Assembly (NCBI GenBank): GCA_907165135.1
Contig: OU015567.1
Coordinates: forward strand, 5,022,001 to 5,086,000
From: Oikopleura dioica
Taxonomy: Eukaryota > Animalia > Chordata
DNA: 64,000 nucleotides
Direction: 5' to 3'
The position numbers and the translations under genes were made by a program. This document shows, piece by piece, positions 24,226 to 36,298 of the stretch (positions are counted from its first letter, which is position 1; the number at the start of each line of letters is the position of its first letter). The notes beneath the pieces were generated by a model that saw only the letters and a program-made list of their open reading frames with translations, ran no database searches and had not been told where the DNA came from.

Positions 24226-26239
24226 TCACAAGAAATACTTATTGAATAAAGCTCTTCTGTCGTATTTGCCACTCGCCAGTTTGGGGAAGCTCTTTTCTTG
24301 GCAGAAAACCTTTGGAGTGTCCTTTATTTCTGCTGCTAGAAGACTCGTGATTTTTGAAATGATATCGGCTGCTTGGAAATTTTCGCAGACAAGAATCGCA
24401 ATGATATCATCATAACCATCTTTAACCAGATTCATAATAGCTTTTTTGCCTGAAAAAAGAACATTATGATCCTTTTTCCTGAGTTTCTTCGATTTAAAAC
24501 AACCGCTTCTTTAATCGGACAGCCAGAAAGAAGAATCTTTTCCTCAAGAAGAGAGCAATTCGATTTCTTCGTGCTTTTAAGAATGATTTGCTCTTTGACT
24601 CTTCCAACAATGTTCAAATTTCCAAACTCGTCCAGAAAGCCTTCATCTCCCATTCGATACCATCCTTCTTGTTTCGGCTGAAACGACATGAATGATGACT
24701 CATCATTATCCTTGATTTTCCAGTTGAACAAACTTACATGGTTCTTATAACCGAGCATGAGATCGGGTGTTTTGACAATGATTTCTCCGATTTTTCCTTG
24801 TCGAACATCGTTGTTGTTTTCATCGACGATCCTGAGCTCGTACTCCTTTGATATTGTAAATTTTCCATCAGTTTTGAATTGAACTTCTTCACTGGTAAGA
24901 ATTCCGTGTCGGACGAAGAAGCCAGAACATTCTGTTGATCCGTAGCCTTTGAGAATCACTGGAGATCGATGGAGAACTTGTTCGAATTTTGATTTTATTC
25001 TCTTTTTATAGCTCTTGAAAATTTCCAAATACATTTTGGCCTCAAGATTCAAGACAGAAGAGCCTATCCTGGCAGTGTTCAGGGTGCACCTTGGTCCCGG
25101 TTATCAGCAAAATAAGAAGTGAATCGGGCTTAATTTTCCGGAAAGCTTCCGATTCCATAATCTCCAAGCATTTTGGAAGATACATAACAGCTGTTATACA
25201 GTTCAGTTTTTTCATCGCCGCCAATGAATTCTAAATTCAGCCTTATTTCATTGAAAGAAAGTATGAGACATTTACAGTGATGTCGTTGTTGTCTGCAAGA
25301 AGGATGTTTCGACCCTCATTTCGTAAAAATTGGCAGATGAGTCCGTGTGTCATGTGAGTGACAAAATTGATGAAAAGTGCTCCCGCTACTTCGCCAAGAA
25401 AATATCTAAAGTCTCGTCCAAATCGTTTCACAAGACCCACAGCTCCTCAAAACTCGTTGATGCCACGGGACCGGCGATCTATTGTACCTGAAACTCCTTT
25501 TGGGTCATTCTCAAAAACTGGGTTGAAAGTCATTCTATTCGCGTACTGAATAATCTTCGGCCTCCCAGTGCTTCCAGATGTCGTGGAAAAACAGGCAACA
25601 TCAGAACTTGAAGTTGAGTCAACAACTTCTTTGACCTTTTCAAAATCTGAGGTCGAAAAGCTTCCATGAAAAGTGATCTTTTTCGACTCGCTGGAATTAG
25701 TGATGTTCATGCGGAGATGAGGGTACTTTTCGCCGAATCGATAAACTGGAATCATATTTTTTAGGGTTAATGAAAAGTCGGAGCGGATAGATGTTTCGTC
25801 GAGAAAAACAGCCTCAGACTTTTTCAGGGGTTTTTTGATGAAGTTTTTGAAAAGAAACAAGAATCGGGAGCTAAACCCCTTTGCCTCGATGAGGTCAATA
25901 AAATCAAATCGTTCTTGCTCTTCAGAGTCCAAAGCAATAAATCGTATCTTTGCCAAGAAACAAGCAACCTGAATTTGATACGAAAGAGTCGTGAATCCTC
26001 CGATGACGGTGACATTTTTCCCGACCAAGTTCTCTTCTATGATTTTTGCCGCAATGCTCAAGCCACCATGGAAAATTACACCGACATTTGATTCATGAAG
26101 AATTCCATTAAATTGGAACCAAATTTTCTGGCGCAAAATTTTCTTGTGCTCTTGAATTTAGTAAATTAAAAGAAAAAAAGGAATTGGGGCAACCTATATT
26201 TTCCAAAATTTTCTTCGAAATCGTCTCTCTCTCTGTCAT
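24226..26239 (-). CDS. AMP-dependent acyl-CoA ligase (ANL superfamily, 4CL/luciferase-like)
   Basis: Motifs TTSGSTGRPK, GYGSTE, WYRMGDEG, GRVKEQI and SGKYDR in the expected order. Confidence 0.85.
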
Positions 26240-26778
26240 TTTTTTCTTTGATTTTGAACTTTCTACTTCTGACCGCTAGAATTCCCCCTCGACCTCGACC
26301 CTTGCCAAATGCTGCGATGCTCTTAGTGCTAATTCTCTGAGATTTGGTTCAAAGTTTTTTTTTGAAACTTACGTTTGCGTTACGAAATTGACGCCGGAGA
26401 TTTTGTCCAAATAGAAAGATTCTCTCTTTAAAAAATTCAAACTCGCATTTTGTCTTTTATTGAACAAATATTTAATTTAACCAAAGTTTTCCATGAAGTT
26501 TGCACTTTAATTCCTCCGGGTCAGATTGTCTTTGGCCAGATTCCAATTTGGAAATATTCTTCTTTGATCTTTGGCTTTTTTCGTTCAAAATCCTAGAAAA
26601 ACCCTTCTTCCGAAACGACCAAATTCTTGAGCATCTCAAGTCAACTCATAAATCTTAGCTTATCATATCATCTCGCTTGACCAAGTTCAGAACTTCTGAA
26701 GAGGATCATAAGGAGAGCAGCTTCACTTCACACTTTTCCCTACTTAGCAAGATTTTCTTCCTCCCAAAGAAGTAGAGA

Positions 26779-27527
26779 ATGGACGCAACAAGCCTCATCA
26801 AAAATAATATCAACTGCAAGCTTTTGACGCACGCTAGAATCGGCAGATCGGAAGAGATCAAAGAATGCCTTGCTAAAGGTCTGAGATCTCTAGAATTTTT
26901 TATGGACTTTCAAGGGGCGGATGTTGAGTACAAAGACCCATACACCGGAAGAACTGCTCTTTTGAACACTGCATTTGGCTCGCTCACCGAAAATCTCGCT
27001 GCGAATATTAAAACTCTTCTCGAAGCAAAAGCAAATGTAAACGAAACTGACTGCAATGGAGCCACTGCGCTGATGACTTGTTGTTTCGGGTCCCTATTTT
27101 TTCGGCATTGAAAATATTTGAAAATAAGAACCCATATGAAAGCAGCCGAAGAGATCTTGATCCTCTTCCTGGAATCATGCTTCTTGTTGAATCCGGTGCA
27201 GAAATCAACAAACAAGGTAAAAAAATGCCCGAAAGAAAAGTAGCCATTTCGAGCCGTTTTAGACAATGTTGGCTGGACTGCGATGCATTATGCAATGTCC
27301 TTTACAGACGAAAGAAGACTTCGAAAGAGTAAAAAATCTTCATTTTCTCACCCGAGAGGAAATTTTCAGCAATTCCATTTTTGGTCGAAAGCGGTTTCGA
27401 CTTCAACAAAAAGAATTTAAAAGGAGAAACGCCGCTTGATTTCGCGACGGCGAGAAAGAAGCAAGGATCTAAAGCTCTTTACTTTTTGCAAAATGCTATT
27501 GAGGCGAATAAATCTGCTGCTGCGTAA
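26779..27527 (+). CDS. Ankyrin-repeat protein
   Basis: GRTALL..A, GATALM, GWTAMHYA and GETPLDFA repeats across short introns. Ends NKSAAA*. Confidence 0.85.
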
Positions 27528-27689
27528 GAATAAAATTGACTTTCTGACCATTTTTCTTCAGTCAACTTATCTTCCAGTGATTTGTAACAGTCTGTCATGC
27601 AGGGATTAACAGTCAATGTATAAAACTTGTCGCTGAAATTGAGACAACCAAATTTTTGTATATTACATATTTTAAATCTATTTTTTCTA

Positions 27690-28435
27690 ATGAGAGAAAC
27701 TGCTCTAGAAATTCCAACATATGAGTGGCCCGCGGCAGATGATTGCGACTCCATGTCAGGTACGATTTCCTGTTTCCTTTCTTTCTGAATTTGTAAAGAC
27801 GACGAGTTTTCGATCACGAGCGATATGATCCCGGAAGAAAGCCATGCTACTTTTTACTGTGCAACTTGTGGCTGTGGGACATTTTTTCTCTGCTGTGGAT
27901 TGATTGGGATGCTTTATTTTCTTGGCTCGCCGTACTATGCTGACGAAATGTTTGGGACGATGAAGAATGATCTCAGAAAATGGATTCATAATCGTAAAAA
28001 TTATTTTTCATTGTCGAATGAAATACGTCTTCCATCGTTGAATTTCTTCCAGGAAGAGTCCTCCGAGGGTCCTCCAAATCATTGATTTTCTGAACATTCC
28101 TAAGCTCAAAAAAAAATTGCTCTAGTCATTCTTTCCATGAGAAGCCGGTATTTGCTCACTGTTAAAAAAGAGAGACTAGTCAGCTTGGAGGAATGTTTTG
28201 AAAAGCCGGAAGTTACTCTTTTATGAATCCATAAAAAAAGAAGGCATGGTGAATGGTGGGTAGTTTTCAGCTGCTTTCTGATCTTTTTGGGAGTCAAGAA
28301 GGCTTACAAGGTGCAGAAAAAAAGGGAGGAGCAGAAGGCAAAAATACGAGCGATGCTTTACAGGTACTTTTTATCACTAGAACTCATCTTTAAACGTCTT
28401 CTAGCGACCTGTTATCAACCGCGAAGGAAATCTAA
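27690..28435 (+). CDS. Small two-TM membrane protein, unknown
   Basis: MRETALEIP...|DEFSITSDMIPEE...GTFFLCCGLIGMLYFL, second TM WWVVFSCFLIFLGV, ends STAKEI*. Confidence 0.5.
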
Positions 28436-29820
28436 AAGCATTCTTCTGTTGTCGATTATGGCTGTGAATAAAAAAATAATCGTTAGGGTTACACCTTTAC
28501 GAATCCACTCAGTCAAGATCAAATAAAGCTGAGTGCACTGGTAAAGGTGTGACCCAATCCGAGCCAATTTGAAAAACGCTTCTGGTGAAAATCTCTTGGA
28601 ATCTGGAATCTCTTGCTGGAAAACTATTTCTGCTACAAATGCGCAAGCTGCTGAATGAGCGTAGTAGCACCCGCTCCTGCGCACGTGATGTTCTATTTGC
28701 GGCGGCGCGTGAGTCGGATAGTCACGTGCAATCCTTGGAAGAAGAATTAAAGGAGAAGGTCCTTGTCTTTGGTCGTCATTTATTAGCAGATTTGTTATCA
28801 GAGCAAAAACAGTAAAAATGAAAAGAGTCAAAGCCTAATAGGTTGGGTAGTCGATACTTCCACCACTCTGGATTATTCCAATTATCGGCTCTAGAACAGC
28901 AGCAAAAGCCAAGTTGACGAATTCGACCAGTTCATCGATCATATCCACGACGAGGACAAGCCACTCGAGTGAGCCGTTGAGGATGAATGTAGTGTTCCAG
29001 CCAAGACCCCAGACATCGAAAACTTGGTTCAGCTTCAAACTCGCGATTCGGAAATCTCTAGAAAAAAAAAGTTGAGTATTTTTTCTCGCATTTCTTTCAA
29101 GAAGGCGCTATTTTCATCAATCGAATTCTTGATTGGTGGCTTGTCCGTCGTTAGTGGCGCTGTTTGAATTCTTAAGCCTCTGATTGGCTGTTTTCTTAAA
29201 CTTACTCAAGTAGCAGTTCCGACCAAGTCCTCAAATCGCGGAACATCGAGCTGACGAATGAAAAGGTAAAAGTCGTGTTTCCTTGAGAAACTCCCTCCCA
29301 GTTTCTGATCCATCGATTCACATCCTAAAGACATTTTTCTAACTCATTCTCGCTTCAAATATCCCTCACCAGTGTTGCTTCTTCGACGATTTTGATTGTC
29401 CTGAAGCTCGTTTGACCGACAATTTCGATCAATTCTCCAGCGCCAAAAGTGTAGTTGAACAATTTCGCGTCAATAAGGTCTCTGAAACATCGCATAATTT
29501 CCTGCCTTCTGATTATTTTACCGAGAAGTGTAATTGACCCAAGGATGGATGAGATCTTCCCCATCTCTGATCATCCACTGCGCAAAAAATTCCACTTCTT
29601 CCAGGAGCACCCTGAGATCATGAGTGATCACTTCGATGTCTGTATCGTTGAATCCATCATCGAAAAGGGCCTTCCATTCTTCTCTAGAACAAGGGTTAAT
29701 GAACAAGTCCTAATGCTGGCAATTTTTACCCGTAGTTTTTCGCCGAAAGATAAAATAAATAGCCTTGCTTCACTGATTGTTCAATGATAATCGCAACCTG
29801 AAAATTTCATCAAAAAAAGA
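28415..29820 (-). CDS. Multi-exon membrane glycoprotein, unknown
   Basis: Chain of same-strand ORF fragments (29518, 29355, 28835, 28415) with coding-like composition, NxT sites and hydrophobic stretches. Ends are uncertain. Confidence 0.45.
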
Positions 29821-30232
29821 GAGCCAATCAAAATCCGCGTACCTGAGACGGTTTTTGATAGGTTCTCAAAATATCATCCACCAATTTCAAATTTCTCGCG
29901 GCTGCGATTGTCGTTGTACTTGGAGTCGTCGCGGGCTACAATCATTTATCTACAGTAAGGTTGCTTTTATTCTTACATTTTGAGCCAGGCAAGCGTTGAC
30001 GAAACAAGCTCCTATAAAAGTCAAGAAAAATCTCATTTTTTAAAAATCGATCTTGAACAAGTGAAACGATTCAAGAGCGAGGAAACCACTGAATCTGAGG
30101 GTTGCTCAAGGTGGGGCTGGTTGCCCGGCGTGGCAACAAAATAAGAATAACGCGTCGGAACTTGTCAGAATGGAACGCTCGTTGATTCATGTGCGATGAC
30201 GAGCTAGGGTGTGGTCATTTTCTGTGTTTTAT

Positions 30233-33031
30233 TTAGAGAAGGAGAAACAGAAACAGAATCGTTGAAAACAAATTCAAAATCGGTGCTAAAAGAAGACTGC
30301 TTGAAGTTTGAAAAAGATCCTTGAATTTTCGGTCGACGAGAATCTAGAAAAAAAATGTTGTAAACTGATTTCTGAAGGTTTTCATTTTAGTTCTTGAAAA
30401 TCTTAGTCAGGTCGCTCAGCTCAAACTTACAGTAGTTTGATTTACTTCGACCTGAATAAGGGAATCAGAGTCAGATATTGAAGCTGAAATTGATGTCTTT
30501 TCTTTTTCCTGTCGAGGACCTATTGATTTTGATCGAGTGAACTGCACTATGATTTCTTCGTTTCCTAGAAAAAGCATATTTATTGTGACAAAGGAAGATG
30601 AATTGCCTTGAGCTGGGCAAGAGCTTTCCAGGTTGACGCAGTCGTCGCAGAAGAGCAGGGTGCACTCGAGGTGAAAGGAGGTCGGGGAGGAAAGATAGGT
30701 CACTGGAGGCGTTTTGATGATTTGCGCGAAAGGGTCGATGGTGACGAAGGATTGAAAAACGGTTGTAGCGCAGCCGTTTTCGATGATTTTAGACGATTGC
30801 TGAGCGTTCTCTGATTTGACTTCGCACATGTCGATTCGATACTCGCCAAGGGTCGTAAAAACTGCCGAAAAATCAAATGTCATGATGTCACTCGAGGCTA
30901 CGACTGGATAAAGCTGGTTCTCTGCATCGAAAGGCTCATCATTTAGAAGAATAATTGGCTGATCAGGAACTGGGTCGGGAATATCGGTCACATCGGCAAT
31001 CGTGGCGGGGGGCTCAACCGTCCCGTTGAAGAAGAAAATTTCGTTTTTGTCGAAAGTGCAGTTGAAGGTATACGTCAAATCCGCGCTAAAAGGAATTTCG
31101 GTTGTAGAAAAGGGTTGAAAAGACGGTACTTTTGGAAACCAAGAGCAACCAGCGGCGAGGTATGGAAAAAACTCCATGTGTAGATGATGTCGTCCCCACT
31201 TTTAAGCGATTTTAAAATATAATAATTCTTATAATTTTTAATTATAAAAATTAAATTTTCTATTTTCATTTTTCAATGATTATAATTATTTATAAATTAT
31301 ATTTTCAAATTTTAAATTTAATTTCACAATTAAAAAAAATTAAATAAATAATCAATAATTTAATGAAACTTTTCAACGCAAATATCTTCTTATTTCAAAA
31401 ATCGCTTCCTGTAAATAGCTTGTTCCCTGCAATCTTTATCATCAATCGACAAATCAAGTTTATACACCCGGAAGTCATCTGTATCCTGGCTCCAAATGCA
31501 AGAGTCATTGAAAGGGCTAGCGGAGTTGTTGAAATTAACCAGGTCGAGAGCAGGATATTTTCTTTTGAAGCAAATCTCGTCCATCATTATTTCAACGCCG
31601 TTCTCACAGGAAAACGAGAACTCCTCGCAGCTCAGGTCGGGAAACGGACAATACGCCCAATTGCTGTTTGAGATGAGAAAGGGATTGGCGGGAATATAAG
31701 GTTTGTAATCGTCGAAAATTCGTGAAATGGTTGATTGTGTTTCGTTGCTCGCAGTGCTGTCGATAGCGATGAAGGTGTCTGATTGCTCAAGGGACTGCTG
31801 AGCTTCGCAGATGTAATACTTCTGAGAATTGAAACTTAAAAAAATATTATTATAGAAGAAAATTTTGCAAAAAGTTTTTACTTGAAAACACTGTGCGAAA
31901 GAACCAAAAGGCACTTTCCATTCTGACACGCCAAATCAACCCCATCTGCTGGATCGCCATCACTTCCAATCGAAACCACCGACGATTCGCCAACCAAACA
32001 GTCCGGGCTCTGGCAGAGGCAGTTTTCGCATTTTGCCGTCATCACTTTTCGAATGTAGCCGGTACTCGAGTCGCTTTCGATGAATCGCTTCTCGATGTAT
32101 ATTGAAAAGTTGAAAGAAGGTGAAATTGGTATTGATTCTAGCTCGAGAAAAATAATGTCTGCATCTTTGCATTTTACGCTCGAAACATCTGATTGTGTGT
32201 AAGTCTCGACTGTGGTTGATGATTCATCAAGGAGGGAGAGCTTTGCTATTGCTTCAATTACAGTTTTTTTTTTGAAGAAAATCTGGGGAAGTGCAGAGTT
32301 GGTAAAAAAGTATACTTCACTCGCCCTTCAGAATGAAGTATACTTCATGAAGTATACTTCAAGGCGTTGCAGGGCGTTGAAGGGCGTGAAGTGTACTTCC
32401 GCCCTTCCCCCTACTTCAACCGCCCTTCCGCCCTTCACTCTACTTTAACTTGGTTCTGTCGGCCATCAGAATCCATCCGCCAGAATTTTTTCAAATTTCG
32501 CGCTCATTGGCTCTCAGGCGCCATAATTTAAATCACGCTGATTGTGGCAGATGAAGGGGCAGCTAAAGTTTTCGATAAGAACCGATAGCTGAAGTATACT
32601 TCAGCGCGTGAAGTATACTTCAGAGCCATTTCGTACTTCACCGCCCTTCAAGAATGAAGGGCGCCCTGCAGATTTTTGAAGGGCGGGGGGAAGTATACTT
32701 TTTTCCAGCTCTGGAAGTGTCTGGAACCAACAAAAAAATTTCGACAAATTTTGCGTGGAAATTTTCCACCAATGAGAAGACCGGATTCGGCTCACGGGCC
32801 AATTAGCAGCCGAGTAACCGCCCACGCAAAATTTGTCGAAAATTTTAGTCCGTTCCTGACGCCACCACAAAAATCTCCACTCAAGTCGCTTTGCAGTGGA
32901 AATTTGGTCAAAACACTATCAAAAGCAATTTCCTGGAAGCCTCCAGTATTTTCACCAACGAAATCGACTCGGACGCATGTCTCTGCAAAAACTTTAAAAA
33001 TCAGAAAAATAAGAAAACAATAATTTTTCAT
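30233..33031 (-). CDS. ZP-domain protein, probably GPI-anchored
   Basis: Signal MKNYCFLIFLIFKVFA, ZP-like FSFSCENGVEI...YTFNCTF...IIENGC...FHLECTLLFC, hydrophobic tail FSTILFLFLLL*. Confidence 0.7.
32294..32713. mobile_element. MITE with CAGAG...CTCTG TIRs and a 6-bp TSD
   Basis: GAAGTG|cagagttggtaaaaaagtatacttc ... gaagtatacttttttccagctctg|GAAGTG. Internal gaagtatacttc and gcccttc repeats. Confidence 0.8.
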
Positions 33032-34041
33032 GTTTTTACGTTAATCTGAAATCGCGCCCGGCAAGTACCCATTAACGGATACTACTAAAAGGAAATGATT
33101 CCTCCATCGATCAAAATAATTTTGCGCAGCGCCAGAATGGGAAAAATGCGGCGAGTTATGACTTTCTCACAATTTACGTGAATTTGTTGATGCCGTAAAT
33201 GCCATTTTAGCAAGCTCTAATTGAGTTATGTTTGATGTAAGAACATGGTCGGATAATAACAATTCAAAACAAACCAAGCATAATTGTGGCTCTAGCCGGC
33301 ATCATTTTCTACTATAACAAGAGTACGAATAAAGTCTTTAGAGGTTTCAAGATAAAAATATTACGATGTCAGCAGGAAGAACATGCTGATCGAGCAGTTG
33401 ATTACATTATTATCAACTCGTGTTCGAATCGAGTGCGGCATTTGTAACTAAGACTCTTAGTCTAAGAGGGTCCTCTCGATTTAGGTCATAACTGATGATG
33501 TTTCATTTTTATGATGAACTTCAATGTATTTAAAAAAAAAACTTGTGTAAAATTTTATTTTAGGCAAATTTCTAGATTTTTATTATCAATTTTTATTGCC
33601 TAAATTGCCTTGAATTCTAGTTTTTATGATCGTTTTTAAAAAGAAAATGGACTTAAACAAGAGTAAATGGTATACCCTTAATTATAAATTATAATTTATA
33701 ATTGATACCCAAAAAGAGTAAAAAAAGCTAAACATTTTGACTGAATTCCTCTCGATGGGGGGGGTCCTTAAGATTCAGTTTTTTTAGATCCAATGGCTGT
33801 TTATGGAAATTCCGCTAGAAATTCTGGAGGGTAAATGATTGAATTACAATTTCGTCATCATGTTCAGCGATTAAAAGATAATTGCTGTGTTATGGAGCCA
33901 AGCACGGTACATGCTCGCGAATCGCCACCTACCGGTTTATCTCGCGCGTAAGCGTGCAGCACCATAAAACGAGGAAAAACCGTCGTTGCTTATCAAAACG
34001 TTAAAAATAGAGATACTTTATTTTTAATCGAGAGAAAAACG

Positions 34042-36048
34042 ATGAAGGTAATTTTTTACTTTTCGAAATTTTAAGAGACATTCATCCTATTTTCTAGCTT
34101 TTTGCACTTGCCGCAACCGCAACGGCTTACAGCTATTCAAGCTACTCTAGCTCCTCCAGTTCTTCCTCCAGCTCCTCTAGCTCCTCCAGCTCCTCTTCTA
34201 GCTCGTCTTCTGGCTTCTATACTCCAGACTACACTTGGGGCAACAAAGCCTGCTACCATCATATCACGAACGACACGACGATCACTACCCCCGGTTGGCC
34301 CTTCGACTATGGCAACAACCAAGTTTGTGAGTGGGAAATCGACGCTGGCGATGTCTACGGCATCATGATCACTAAACGATCCTTCGATCTCGAGTATCAG
34401 TACAATTGCAAGTATGACTCTCTTCTGATCGCGACTCCAGATGATTTCGACTCTGACGGAACACTCATCAACGGCGACATTTACTGCGGCACGAATGAAA
34501 ACCGAAAACGACGAGATGCGACGAGCGAAGAAGATGCAAGTCAAAAATCATCGCCTACCTATCGACTCGGCGTTGATCCTAATTTCAACATCTATCACGA
34601 CGGTTTTCCTTCCCACCCCGTTTTCATCCCTGGAGGACAGGCCCGCCTTGCTTTCCAAAGTGATTACTCGGTTTTTCGAGAAGGATTCGAGCTAGACATC
34701 CGCGTCATCGAAACCCGACCACCAATCGTCTGCCCTAACAGCGACTGGGTACCAAATTCCTTGCTTACCGCCTGTATCCCAAGAGCTTCGACTGTCGAGT
34801 AAGACATTAGCTTTTTATTAAAAGGTCTTTTATTAAAAAATTTAGTTGCGATTCCACCGTGGTCACCATCACCGCTCACGTGAACCATCTTTACGCTAAT
34901 CTCCCCCGCTATCGATGGGAAGACGCCCGACTCAACATCGGAGACTGCGAAGGAGAGAATGCACCATCCGCAGCTGGCTGGATGACGGAAACATTCGACT
35001 TAGGAGAATGCGGCGGGGTCATGACTCAAGCCGCGGAAATCGCCGTCAACTGGAACGCTACCGGCCCCGCTAGCCTCCTCGAGACGGAAGGAATCTTCAT
35101 TACTTCTCCTCTTGGCTTCAAAGCAGAATGCGTCTACGCAAGCGAAGTGAACCTGAACGCCGACGCGATTCATGTCGACCAATTTTTGAACGAAGTCGAG
35201 ACCGTTGTTGATACAAGCAACTTCGACGATTACTTCAGATTGATCATCTCTGGCGAACCGGGCGGAGATGAAACTCATGATATCAATATTGGTTAGTTGA
35301 ATATCTAAGCTTTAAGGACCCCCCCTTAGCTTTCAAAAGGAAATTTCTTAAAATACCATATTTAAAATATGATATTTTTGTTTCAAAAACTTGATTAGAG
35401 AAATTTTCGACCAAGAAAAATCATTATTTTTTCAAAATTAGGGCAAATTCGTCAATTTTCGGCGAAAAGTCCAATTTTCAAATGCGATTTTGGGGGTGAA
35501 GGAGTCGAGATAGACCCCCAAAAAATCCAGCTTTAGAGTTGTTTTTTGACCCATAGAATTCATTTCCGGGGTCGAAATTTTGAAATTCCTAAATTTTATT
35601 TTTCGAAAAAAGCTGACGGGGGATCATTATTTCTTATTTTTTAGTCAGTTATTTATTAATATATTCAGGTGAAATGCTTTACGGAAGAGTCGAGTCTGAC
35701 CTCGACCTCAGCCCATATCACTACGAATACCAGGTAAACATCAATCAAAGTAGCAAAATGTAAACAAAAACCAAGCTCGTCAAATGCACCGCCTGGAACA
35801 ACACAGAACACACTGGCGTCTCTCACGAGATCTATCCCTATCACTGCGCTCCCTCGACCGCTGTTGCTTTCGATCCAGTCGACACTGATGGCGGTTCCGG
35901 CGACGCTATCGACTTTGAATTCAAGAGTTTCACCTTCGACCAATATGATGACTCCCTCTACGTGACATGCGACATAAAAATCTGCGTCCAAGCCCCATCC
36001 GGGGAATTTTTGAATGATAACTGCTTCCGAGGACCTTGTGATGAATAA
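34042..36048 (+). CDS. Secreted CUB + ZP domain protein (paralog 1, oikosin-like)
   Basis: MK|LFALAATATA signal, poly-Ser, CUB (TPGWPFDYGNNQVCEWEI...FDLE...CKYDSL...FQSDYSVFREGF), ZP-N and ZP-C (FKSFTF...LYVTCDIKIC). No TM. Confidence 0.8.
35316..35625. mobile_element. Kolobok-like MITE, GGACCCCC family
   Basis: TTAA|ggacccccc...aaaagctgacggggga. Inverted homolog of 37112-37453. Confidence 0.7.
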
Positions 36049-36298
36049 TCACTTTTTGCCCTGACTAAAACTCATCCCTGATCTTATTTCTTGAAAAAAG
36101 AAGTTTTCACATTAAATAAATGACAATTATTAACAAGTTGTTTTTTCATGTAGAACATTATCAGTTGCCGCATTATCGTTTACGCAAAACATTGGCGCCA
36201 CCTCTTGGTGAATTCAGCGGCGCAAGAATCAAACGCTATAAAACATGTGAAAAAATTAGAACTTCATCAAAAATAGAGATAATTTATTTTTCGATAAA

